A DNA stretch of 64,000 bases. Origin: Patescibacteria group bacterium (GTDB taxonomy: Bacteria; Patescibacteriota; 4484-211). The DNA is taken from the NCBI GenBank assembly GCA_018824115.1, contig JAHJGY010000070.1, positions 1,632-65,631 of the forward strand. Reading direction: 5' to 3'. The notes under the pieces are model-generated. The model was not told where the DNA came from. It ran no database searches and saw only the letters and a list, made by a program, of their open reading frames with translations. Each line of letters opens with the position of its first letter. Positions within the stretch are counted from its first letter, which is position 1. Below, piece by piece: positions 50,870-59,459 of the stretch. Made by a program: the position numbers and the translations under genes.

Positions 50870-51585
50870 CAAAGCTTAAGTGAGTGGGATTAGTTGTGAT
50901 CCCAGCTCCTTTTTTCAAGCTTGCCTGCCAAGTCGGCAGGCTTGCCCGCCGGATTGGCGGGCAATGCTCGGTACCGGTTGGTGCCGAGGTTTGTTCTCCC
51001 ACCGCAGTATTGATGGGAGAAGAGTTGATAAGGAAGTTCATGAGGTCGGAGCTTTGACATGCCCACCTCGAGGGTTCCTTAGCCCTTTACGCCAGTCCGT
51101 CACCACAGGCCTTTTAAGGCGTTACCTGCGGTCCCAGGTCCTTGGGGAAGTCAGGTCCATTCCGATAATTATCGGAATCCCGCCCCGTTAGGGCGAGTCT
51201 TCCCAGAACAGCATTCCTGAGTTTGTCGTGGTTCCCCGATCTACAATCGAGGGCTGTTCCCACACCACTATTGCTAACGCCTCCTTTTGGACTTTAGGAG
51301 TACGCCCTGCGGCTAAGTGATGCCGTCACATTTTGCTCTCACGAGCGAGCTGTGGCCAGCTCTTGGTTCTGGAGATGTTGTCCCTTACGGAGCCTATTGG
51401 CTCCGTCCTTCACTACAAACAAGCCCAAAGGACTTGCTGGAAGGAAGGGATTCCCTTAGCTCCGAAAGGGGCTGCTACCCGGGCCCACCATGGGCTCGAC
51501 AGGATGCAGTCTTTTTGAGATTTTGGCTTGCGTTCATCCCGATTCGCGGGATACGCCTTACCCCGAATCCCACGGGGCTACAAAT
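50870..51585 (-). ncRNA. Putative large structured non-coding RNA (unknown class)
   Basis: No credible ORF; more than 15 stems, multibranch junctions, long-range complementarities; G-U pairs mostly favour the minus strand. Confidence 0.6.
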
Positions 51586-51588
51586 GTT

Positions 51589-51885
51589 CTAAAAGAAACC
51601 GGAGAATATGACTAGCCATATTCCGGCGATCGCCAGGATGCATCCGGCGAGTATGAGTACCCTCCGGAGTTTACGTCCCTGGCGCAGATGGTGGAATCCT
51701 CGATCCTCAAATCCTAGAGAGATTCCCTCATCGATCGCTGCCTTTAGGCCTAGGACTAGTCCTAAGCCTAACAGGGCGAGCCCGCCACCGGCGGCGATAC
51801 CGAGTTCTTGGTTGTCGGTGACAGCTGTTATCAGCGCCCCGGCGATTAGGCCGAGGATCAGCCAAAGAGCCGCTAGCTTAGACAT
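51589..51885 (-). CDS. Small 3-TM membrane protein
   Basis: SD AGGGAGGT before ATG 51885, overlaps the upstream stop; three hydrophobic segments. Confidence 0.8.
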   Translation of the reverse strand: MSKLAALWLILGLIAGALITAVTDNQELGIAAGGGLALLGLGLVLGLKAAIDEGISLGFEDRGFHHLRQGRKLRRVLILAGCILAIAGIWLVIFSGFF

Positions 51886-52558
51886 CGTTACCTCCCTTGA
51901 AAAGCACTTCGAGTGCCCGCTCGACCCAGAGGTCGATGTTGCGGACATCTAGCCTTTCTTTCCCCCCTAGAATTACTGGGGGATAGGGTTTTCCGTCATC
52001 GACCACTCGCCACGGGGCGGGGTACTCGGCGGGGTGGAAGAACCAGTAAGCGGCGCCGTTTTCCAGGACGCGCTCATCAGTTCTCCAGATTTCCCCAGAC
52101 TTGGCCGTCCAAGCCGTGCTTCCGACGGGGTATGGCTTGGCTGCCACCCAATGATCTCCTTTGCGGAAAATGAGATAGTCGTCATTTTCCATCATAAGCT
52201 CCCACCCGCGGTGAGCAAAAGCTGCCTTGATACCTTTGACAATTTCTTCTTCTCCGAGAGCGAGGGCGATTTCACTAGCTCTGTGGGGTGGGACCTCGAT
52301 AGTTCCGTTTGCATCACGGGGGAGGTTTCTCGGCCTCACATTGTGAGCAACGGCCCCATTCCGGCCATGGCCAACTGTGAAGGTCACTTGCGTGCCCTTC
52401 AGGTTATCTTCGGCGACAATTGCTCGCACACCACCGATGTGGTGGTGGTTTACGAAGATATCGGGCCCATCATCTTGGCTGATGAACCCGTAACCGGATT
52501 TGCCCCGGCGGTCGGGGCGGTCCCTTGTGAAAAAAACCTTAATGGTTCCGGTAGGCAT
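51878..52558 (-). CDS. Cold-shock-domain protein with extra C-terminal domain
   Basis: MPTGTIKVF...GYGFI (RNP1)...DIFVN (RNP2)...VTF...A.NV; strong SD AAGGAGGT. Confidence 0.85.
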   Translation of the reverse strand: MPTGTIKVFFTRDRPDRRGKSGYGFISQDDGPDIFVNHHHIGGVRAIVAEDNLKGTQVTFTVGHGRNGAVAHNVRPRNLPRDANGTIEVPPHRASEIALALGEEEIVKGIKAAFAHRGWELMMENDDYLIFRKGDHWVAAKPYPVGSTAWTAKSGEIWRTDERVLENGAAYWFFHPAEYPAPWRVVDDGKPYPPVILGGKERLDVRNIDLWVERALEVLFKGGNDV

Positions 52559-52857
52559 CTTGCACCTCCTTTTTAGGTGTGGCGGCGGTTCCGAGCTGCC
52601 AACTTGGAAGATGCCAACGCCGCGATTGGTTTTCCCTGCGCAAGGCAGATAAGTGCAGAGAAAACGTTAACCAGTAAAAACTAAGGACTTATCGTCCACC
52701 TCCTTTCCCTGCCTCTGGCAGGACTAAAAAAAACAAATACGCCCCACGATTGGGGAGTAAAAGAAAAGCAATGTCAAATGTCAAAACGGCATTACTTCTC
52801 ATCTACTCCTCAATACTAGAGGGTATACGCAAGAAGGGGGGCTGTTCTTTGTTGATG

Positions 52858-52919
52858 GTATTAACGTGCAAAGCTCCACGTAACTACCTAAAGTATAGCA
52901 TAAAACTATCGGATTGCAA
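52858..52919 (-). promoter_or_regulatory. Sigma70 promoter and boxA-like motif for the CSD operon
   Basis: TTGCAA-16-TATACT with TG extension, then GCACGTTAATAC. Confidence 0.6.
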
Positions 52920-53153
52920 GTTGAATAAGCTTATAGGGGGCTGATGTGGAGGCGATTAGTTAGTAGGGGCGATTTGCTTTCACCCTGCGTAAAGGTCAGT
53001 GAGGGGACTTTTTATGATACGGCGCGGTATAAATTCCGCTACTACACCAACTGAATTGGGTATGTCTAAAGAGTTCTATCCGACTGTTTTTTCTATAAAT
53101 CCTTTAATTAGAGCGGTTTTCTCGGGGCGGGTAGTAGCTAAGGGTGCTAGTTC

Positions 53154-53504
53154 TTAAATCCCCCTAAAGAAACGGAGCTTTTTGGAAGGGGGTTTCGATT
53201 TTTTGGTTGTTGCGCCTGCTTTTTCCTCCGGTTTTATTTCGGCAGGCGTGTCTTCGGCGGTTTCTGGTTCTGCAGCTATTTGTGAGGCTTTATCCCAAGA
53301 TGCTTTTAGATTATTAGCAACCTTCTGTGATTCTTGCAGGACTTTATCAAAGTCCTTCTTGAATTTTTCCCCTTTGGACTTAAGCTGGTGGCGCAGTTTT
53401 TTGCCGGTTTGGGGCATATACAGCAGTACTGCGGCCGCACCCACTGCACCGCCAATTAAGGTCCCTAAAAGAAAACCTTTAAATGAGGATCTATTATTTC
53501 TCAT
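53154..53504 (-). CDS. YtxH domain protein
   Basis: FLLGTLIGGAVGAAAVLLYMPQTGKKLR. Confidence 0.85.
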   Translation of the reverse strand: MRNNRSSFKGFLLGTLIGGAVGAAAVLLYMPQTGKKLRHQLKSKGEKFKKDFDKVLQESQKVANNLKASWDKASQIAAEPETAEDTPAEIKPEEKAGATTKKSKPPSKKLRFFRGI

Positions 53505-53520
53505 GTTTTACTACTTACTA

Positions 53521-53814
53521 TTACTCAGTTTCCTCTTCAAATTCTTCACTTCCCTTGAAAAGCTGCCAGAGGCTTTTCCCGATGGCCACAATTGAGAGGG
53601 TCCCTTTTAGTTTTTCTAGTAGATCGCCGAATTGTTCCGCTCCGCTGGCAACACCACCGGTGACTTTTTCAAAGTCATCAAGAATAAGACTGAGCTTTTT
53701 TAGGTTTTGCCGGATATCTCTTAGCAGGAAGAAAATCTGTACCCCGATGATCGTTAGGGTGGTACCAAGAAGGAGGATCATTATTACGAGAAGGATTTGG
53801 GCAGTTGATTCCAT
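53521..53814 (-). CDS. DUF948/YoxC-like membrane protein
   Basis: N-terminal TM plus amphipathic helix, upstream of YtxH. Confidence 0.7.
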   Translation of the reverse strand: MESTAQILLVIMILLLGTTLTIIGVQIFFLLRDIRQNLKKLSLILDDFEKVTGGVASGAEQFGDLLEKLKGTLSIVAIGKSLWQLFKGSEEFEEETE

Positions 53815-53890
53815 TCAATGACCCCGATGTCACTTCGGGGGAACTAATCCGCCACAACCCCGCCTGTCAAGGGACGAAGGTGGACGGGCG
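53815..53890 (-). repeat. Modular hairpin element, copy 5 (divergent)
   Basis: Sense strand GTGGCGGATTAGTTC-CCCCGAAGTGACATCGGGG-TCATTGA-ATG. Confidence 0.6.
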
Positions 53891-53924
53891 ACTAAGGGAA
53901 ATCTAACATATTAATATAAACGGG

Positions 53925-54563
53925 TCAAGGTTGAGAATTGACTACTTCTACCTGCCTGGTTACGGTGACTTCTTTTCCTACTTTACTGCGCGCCGTAATT
54001 GTAAGATGGTTGATACCAGGGTCGAGTCCGATAACTACAGCAAATGATCCTTGGGCTGAGACTTTTGATTCCTGGCCGTTAATATAGATTTTGGCTTCCG
54101 GGTCGGTTTTCCCTGTTATTTCAATGTAATCCTGGTATATTGTTGTCTGAGCGGCTGGCGAGGTTACAACTAAGAGTGGTTTTCCTACGTAATTGCGATA
54201 CTGCCAAAAGAGGAAAGTTAAAAAAATTAGAATTGCCAGAGAAATAAAAGCTCCAATGATAATATTCGGCGTTAATGAGAAAGAAAACTTTTTTAGTGGT
54301 TGTGGCGGCGTTGAAGATTGAATTTTTTGCTGGCGGTATTCTCGGCGGAAGAGGGCTAGGGCTCTTTGTTCGTTGATTTCCAGTAAATTGGCGTAGCTCT
54401 TAATTACGCCTTTTATATATACTTCGGCAGGCAGGTTATTGTAATCACTTTCCTCGATTGATTTAGCGAAAGAGGAGCTAATATTGAGTCGTTCGGCTGT
54501 TCCTTCTAAGGTTAAATTTTTACTCTGGCGTGTTTCTTTGAAGAGTTGGCCAACTGTTTTCAT
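53925..54563 (-). CDS. RodZ-like HTH membrane protein with Ig-like C-terminus
   Basis: VGQLFKETR...LPAEVYIKG.IKSYA, TM, Ig-like domain; follows ftsK. Confidence 0.85.
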   Translation of the reverse strand: MKTVGQLFKETRQSKNLTLEGTAERLNISSSFAKSIEESDYNNLPAEVYIKGVIKSYANLLEINEQRALALFRREYRQQKIQSSTPPQPLKKFSFSLTPNIIIGAFISLAILIFLTFLFWQYRNYVGKPLLVVTSPAAQTTIYQDYIEITGKTDPEAKIYINGQESKVSAQGSFAVVIGLDPGINHLTITARSKVGKEVTVTRQVEVVNSQP

Positions 54564-56830
54564 AGGGCGGGATTTTGCACATCAGCAGTCGGCCCCTTAA
54601 GGTATTCTTGGGCCCTTATGGCGAAGACTTCTCGAGGCTTTGAACCATCTTTGGTACTAACAATTCTGGCTTCCTCTAATTCGTCCAGGAGACGGGCGGC
54701 GCGGGCGTAACCGATACTTAGACGTCGCTGAAGCAAGGAAGCCGAAGCTCGTTTGTGATTAAGAATTATTCTAACGGCCTCTTTGAACAGAGGGTCTTTG
54801 TCATCATCGACAACTGCAGAAGTAATGATTTGGCTTTCGGGTTGTCTAAGAGTATCCTCGTCCGAGACGGAGATGTCTGGAGAGTAGTTCGCGTTTTCCG
54901 TACGGATGAAGTTTAATAGATCCCTAATTTCTTTTGGTGAAACAAATACGCCTTGGATACGAATTGGTTTAGCTCGATCCGGCGGCAAATAGAGCATGTC
55001 ACCCCGCCCGAGTAGTTTTTCTGCTCCGGTAGAATCGATAATTACGCGGGAGTCAGTATTTGATGAAACATTAAGAGCAATACGGGCGGGAATATTAGCT
55101 TTAATTAACCCGGTGAGGACATCAACGCTTGGCCTTTGAGTGGAGAGAACAAGATGGATGCCTGTAGCTCGTGACATCTGGGCAATTCGGCAAATAAGAC
55201 GTTCGACTTCGTTGGCGGCTAGAGCCATGATATCCGCCAGCTCATCGACGATAATAATGACGTAAGGAATTTTGCTGTCTTTATTAGCCTGGTTGTACGT
55301 GTCGATGTCCCGAACCCTTGCTTTCTGAAGTTTTTCATATCGCTTTTCCATTTCCGCCACGGACCATTTGAGTGCTGGGACAACTTTGTCGGCTTGTGTA
55401 ATAACCGGGGTGAGTAAATGTGGGATATCATCGTACTGGGTTAGTTCTACGCGTTTTGGGTCAACGAGGATAAGTTTTAGTTCCTGGGGTGAGTTTTTAA
55501 ATAATAGGGTGCTGACAAAAGTGTGTAGTAGAACGGATTTACCGCTACCTGTGGCGCCGGCAATAAGTACATGCGGCCATTTAGTAATGTTAGCAACAAT
55601 TGTTTTTCCAGCCACGTCAAGTCCAAGGGGCAGAGTTAAATTAGAACTAGATTTTTGCATTGGCCCCGAGGTGAGAACGGAGCTTAGAGAGACAGTAGCA
55701 GCCGATTTGTTTGGAACTTCTACCCCAATTAGCGATCTCCCAGGTATTGGAGCTTCAATACGTACTGTTCCGGTTGTGGTTGCCAGAGCCAAGGCTAAGT
55801 CGTTTTGCAGGGCGATAACACGCGAGACTTTTGTTCCTTCGGCTAGGTCGAGCGCATATTGAGTGACGGTAGGTCCCAGGTTAACTTCTGCGACCCCAGC
55901 TTCAATACCAAAACTTTTAAGAGTTTGTCTGATAATCAGTGCATTTTCCTCAATATCTCCTCGGTCTACGGTTGTATCCTGAATGTCGCTAAGCAGAGAG
56001 GTTGGTGGATATTGCCAATCGTTCAAAAGTGCTGCACTTGAGCGGTCTGATTCCAAAACGGGATCTTTTGGGAGATTGCTTGCGGGTTCAGTTGTTCCAG
56101 CAGTTTCCTCCTCGATTGTAATTTCTTCAATTGGCCTTGTTGTTTCCAGATGACTTTTTCTCGTGGGGGTTTTGGGCTGGATAGTTTTGATATTTTTACC
56201 TAGGCCGCCGTTAATCTTTATATTGTCAATTGCGGCTTCTTTGTTGGAGATGTCTATGGATTCAGCTGCGTGCTGAGAGCGGCGTTGTTTAAGGTTTTCC
56301 TCCCATTGATCAATAAGGTTTGCTTTAAACCAAGCAGTTAAAGTTTTGCTGGCGTTCATACCGATGGATATGATTTTTTCCCATGGTGAGCTGGTGATGA
56401 TCTGGAAAGAGATGATAATTGTTACCAGAAGAATAAGAAAAGTGCCGATGGGGGTGAATAACTGGTTTAGATTATTGACGAGTAGAGCTCCCAGCGTACC
56501 TCCACCTGTGGGAGAGATGAGCGCGGTGATACCTAGCAAGCTGAGGAGAGTTAACGATGATCCAATAAGAAAACGCAGGTTAGGTGACACTTCTTTAAAA
56601 CCTAGGAAGTAGAATCCAGTAAGGATAGAAAGGAAGGGGAAAAAAAGTATACCCCAGCCCCAAAAATCTTTAAGCTGCTGAGAAAAACCGTTTAGAATTG
56701 ACCGAGTGAGGCCAAAAATGGAAAAGATGGAAATGATGCCCAGAATAATTAAACCAATAGCAAGGATTGTTAGGGGTTCTGGCTTGTTGAGTTTGAATTT
56801 CGATCGTCGGCGCCGTTTTCGTCTGGCCAT
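54560..56830 (-). CDS. ftsK: DNA translocase FtsK/SpoIIIE
   Basis: N-terminal TMs, GATGSGKS, DPKRVEL, VDELAD, gamma domain LQRRLSIGYARAAR. Confidence 0.97.
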   Translation of the reverse strand: MARRKRRRRSKFKLNKPEPLTILAIGLIILGIISIFSIFGLTRSILNGFSQQLKDFWGWGILFFPFLSILTGFYFLGFKEVSPNLRFLIGSSLTLLSLLGITALISPTGGGTLGALLVNNLNQLFTPIGTFLILLVTIIISFQIITSSPWEKIISIGMNASKTLTAWFKANLIDQWEENLKQRRSQHAAESIDISNKEAAIDNIKINGGLGKNIKTIQPKTPTRKSHLETTRPIEEITIEEETAGTTEPASNLPKDPVLESDRSSAALLNDWQYPPTSLLSDIQDTTVDRGDIEENALIIRQTLKSFGIEAGVAEVNLGPTVTQYALDLAEGTKVSRVIALQNDLALALATTTGTVRIEAPIPGRSLIGVEVPNKSAATVSLSSVLTSGPMQKSSSNLTLPLGLDVAGKTIVANITKWPHVLIAGATGSGKSVLLHTFVSTLLFKNSPQELKLILVDPKRVELTQYDDIPHLLTPVITQADKVVPALKWSVAEMEKRYEKLQKARVRDIDTYNQANKDSKIPYVIIIVDELADIMALAANEVERLICRIAQMSRATGIHLVLSTQRPSVDVLTGLIKANIPARIALNVSSNTDSRVIIDSTGAEKLLGRGDMLYLPPDRAKPIRIQGVFVSPKEIRDLLNFIRTENANYSPDISVSDEDTLRQPESQIITSAVVDDDKDPLFKEAVRIILNHKRASASLLQRRLSIGYARAARLLDELEEARIVSTKDGSKPREVFAIRAQEYLKGPTADVQNPAL

Positions 56831-56864
56831 GCTAGCATTATAGCAAATCGTGGTGGAGGGGAAG

Positions 56865-57827
56865 CTACATTTCCTCGAAGCCTAGATCAAGCAGCTTTAT
56901 CGCTGCAAGATTTCGGTAAGTAGCTCCGAGAACGATGGCTATGATCCTTCTGTTGTTTTTCGTTGCCGTAGCAATTAGGCAAGAGCCTGCTTCTTCGGTA
57001 TTACCGGGCTTGACGCCGTCGATGCCCTCATAAGCAAGCATTAGATCGTTAAAATTTCCGAAAAAAAGATATTTGTGATTCTCGGTGTGAGGGATTTCGT
57101 ATTGCCGAGAGGCTACAATCTGGTTGACCACAGGGTAACGCGTTAAGACGTAGTGAGAGAGAATTGCTAGGTCGTAGGCTGTTGAGTAGTTGTTTGAGCT
57201 ATCTAACCCCGAAGCATTAGCAAAGTGAGTGTTATTAAGACCGAGACTCTTGGCTTTGCGATTCATCCAGTATACGAATTGGTCTTCGGTTCCTGCAAGT
57301 CCGATAGCGAGTGTCTTGGCGGCGTCATTACCGGATGGGAGAAGCAATCCGTAAAGGAGTTCTTCTACGGAATAGATTTCTGTTGGTGTGACACCCATTA
57401 TGCTGGAGTCGGGAGGGAGTTCAGTAGCTTCGGGAGGAACGGTAATTGAGGTGTTTAAAGACGAATGGTCCAAAGTAACAGCCGCGGTCATTATTTTTGT
57501 TAAACTGGCAATTGGTAGTTGTTTGTGTGGGTTGAGAGAGTAGTGCACTGCCTGAGTATTGAAATCTATACTGAGCGCAGAACTAATTGCCTGCTGGAAG
57601 ATGTTAGCATCATTGACCGATGAGTGGTTTTCGATTTGTGGATTCCATAGATACCGGTAGGCCGGCTCGATGGATGAAATTCCCAATAGTTGAGAGTTGT
57701 GAGTTGTAGTGATCAACCAGGCGTACCTAAACAACCAAATCCAACAGCCGATTCCAATTAATAGAATTAGTCTGTATATAGGGCTGGGTTTTTGCTTGCT
57801 CTTAGTAATTAGACTCGATTGGAGCAC
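56865..57827 (-). CDS. D-alanyl-D-alanine carboxypeptidase (peptidase S11)
   Basis: ASLTK (SxxK), SGN (SxN), KPG in place of KTG. Confidence 0.9.
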   Translation of the reverse strand: MLQSSLITKSKQKPSPIYRLILLIGIGCWIWLFRYAWLITTTHNSQLLGISSIEPAYRYLWNPQIENHSSVNDANIFQQAISSALSIDFNTQAVHYSLNPHKQLPIASLTKIMTAAVTLDHSSLNTSITVPPEATELPPDSSIMGVTPTEIYSVEELLYGLLLPSGNDAAKTLAIGLAGTEDQFVYWMNRKAKSLGLNNTHFANASGLDSSNNYSTAYDLAILSHYVLTRYPVVNQIVASRQYEIPHTENHKYLFFGNFNDLMLAYEGIDGVKPGNTEEAGSCLIATATKNNRRIIAIVLGATYRNLAAIKLLDLGFEEM

Positions 57828-57933
57828 TGTAATATTAAAACATAATTATGCAAATTGCATTTCATTTTTCTTTAAACCGGGGTTGTCATTCACGCTCTTG
57901 TCTGCTATAATGAGCCACGCTTTTGTCTAAAGT

Positions 57934-58155
57934 ATGGTTAGTAAAGAGAAAAAAATAGAGGATGTTGGGCAAGTGATAGAGAGCTTGCCCGATGTATTTT
58001 TTAAAGTAAAATTGGAGTCGGGGGAGGAAGTTCTTGCGCACGGTTCGGGTAAGATACGGAAGTACAGAATTCGCATCTTAGTTGGCGATCGTGTTAAAGT
58101 AGAGCGGTCCTCTTATGATTTGGCTCGAGGACGAATAGTATATAGATTTAAGTGA
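57934..58155 (+). CDS. infA: Translation initiation factor IF-1
   Basis: [17 protein letters not shown]...[11 protein letters not shown]. Confidence 0.97.
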   Translation: MVSKEKKIEDVGQVIESLPDVFFKVKLESGEEVLAHGSGKIRKYRIRILVGDRVKVERSSYDLARGRIVYRFK

Positions 58156-58220
58156 GGGGTGTGTTATCTTGTTCTCCTTGTCCTGTCGGTACTCCTAGGA
58201 GATCCAATTGCTGGAAGATT

Positions 58221-58337
58221 ATGAAAGTTAGATCCTCGGTGAAAACATTTTGTGAGAGTTGCAAGATAGTCAGGCGCGCGCGAGTGTTGTACGTGATCTG
58301 TAAGCGAAATCCAAAGCATAAACAGAGACAAGGATGA
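58221..58337 (+). CDS. rpmJ: 50S ribosomal protein L36
   Basis: [10 protein letters not shown]....R...[13 protein letters not shown]. Confidence 0.97.
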   Translation: MKVRSSVKTFCESCKIVRRARVLYVICKRNPKHKQRQG

Positions 58338-58342
58338 AAAGA

Positions 58343-58440
58343 TAGCTGCTTAGCTTCATTAGCTTTTTAGAGATGGTAAGATATGCGGTTGAGAGACCTG
58401 ACGGTCTAATAAGCTAACGAAGCTAATAAGCTAGTTTGTA
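58343..58440. repeat. Inverted AAGCTAAT-type arrays between rpmJ and rpsM
   Basis: tagctgcttagcttcattagct ... ctaataagctaacgaagctaataagcta. Confidence 0.7.
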
Positions 58441-58839
58441 ATGGCCAGAGTTAGTGGGGTTGATATCCCGGATGACAAGAGAATAATTTACGCATTGACC
58501 TATATTTATGGTGTCGGTTTGTCCCGGGCTAGACAAATTGTTAAGCAGGTGCGGATCGAACCGTCAGTTCAAGTTAAGGATTTGGACGGAAATGACCTAT
58601 CCCGGTTAAGCCGTTTTATTGAGAATAACTATCGGGCGGAAGGTGAGTTGCGGATGCAAATAAGAGATAATATCCGGCGATTACAGGCGATTGGTACATA
58701 CCGAGGTTCGAGACATAAAAAGAAATTACCTGCTCGTGGTCAAAGGACTAGGCATAATGCGCGTACGGTAAAACAGCGTAAACGAGTAACGGTAGGAGGG
58801 CTTTCGGCTAAGAAGAAAGCGGCACGGTCTAAAACGTAA
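58441..58839 (+). CDS. rpsM: 30S ribosomal protein S13
   Basis: MARVSGVDIP, LTYIYGVG, LPARGQRTRHNART. Confidence 0.98.
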   Translation: MARVSGVDIPDDKRIIYALTYIYGVGLSRARQIVKQVRIEPSVQVKDLDGNDLSRLSRFIENNYRAEGELRMQIRDNIRRLQAIGTYRGSRHKKKLPARGQRTRHNARTVKQRKRVTVGGLSAKKKAARSKT

Positions 58840-58971
58840 ATTATTAGCTTTTAACTGATACTTCCGAACTAGACCTTTGCAGCTCGGTATAGGTGATTAT
58901 TTAATCTATTGAGAAGGCAAATATTGTTAAGCTAGCTTCAAAGAAGCTAATTAGCTAGCAAGCTCTGAAAT

Positions 58972-59391
58972 ATGTCTGCAAAAGCTAAAACGAGAACCAA
59001 GGCTACGGCTAAGGTTAAGGTTAAGAAGAAAAAAAAGAAAATAATTCCTCAGCAGGCGCAGGTTCATGTGAGGGCGAGTTACAATAATACGGTTGTTAAT
59101 ATTACCGATCGTGAAGGTAATGTGATTATCCAAGGTAGTGCTGGAACGGCTGGGTTTAAAGGGACGAGAAAATCAACACCGTATGCGGCAACAGTTGCGG
59201 CGGAGAGAGTAGCCAGGGATGCTGTTGGATTAGGAGTTAAAAGTGTTGATGTATTAGTTAAGGGGCCGGGATTTGGTCGCGAATCTGCTATACGAGCGAT
59301 TAAATCTGCTGGGTTGAAAATTACTTCAATATCTGATGTAACGCCGATTCCCCATAATGGATGTCGGCCGAAGAAGAAAAGGAGAGTGTAG
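58972..59391 (+). CDS. rpsK: 30S ribosomal protein S11
   Basis: [25 protein letters not shown]. Confidence 0.98.
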   Translation: MSAKAKTRTKATAKVKVKKKKKKIIPQQAQVHVRASYNNTVVNITDREGNVIIQGSAGTAGFKGTRKSTPYAATVAAERVARDAVGLGVKSVDVLVKGPGFGRESAIRAIKSAGLKITSISDVTPIPHNGCRPKKKRRV

Positions 59392-59459
59392 GAATTTACA
59401 AAGAAAGGAATTACCTTATTTTTGAAAATTAGAAAATTGTAAATTCGGAAATTATTGTT

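Noticed and set aside
50870-51585. tmRNA, SRP RNA, 6S RNA or group II intron as the identity of the structured region
   Set aside because: No tRNA-like GTTCGA/CCA end. GTCAGGTCC (plus strand) is not followed by the SRP GGAAG-CAGC loop. The region is multibranched rather than one rod, and no domain V motif is visible.
50880-51592. Plus-strand ORFs of 103, 91 and 61 aa
   Set aside because: No SD or promoter, unnatural composition, antisense to the operon; probably chance ORFs in GC-rich structured DNA.
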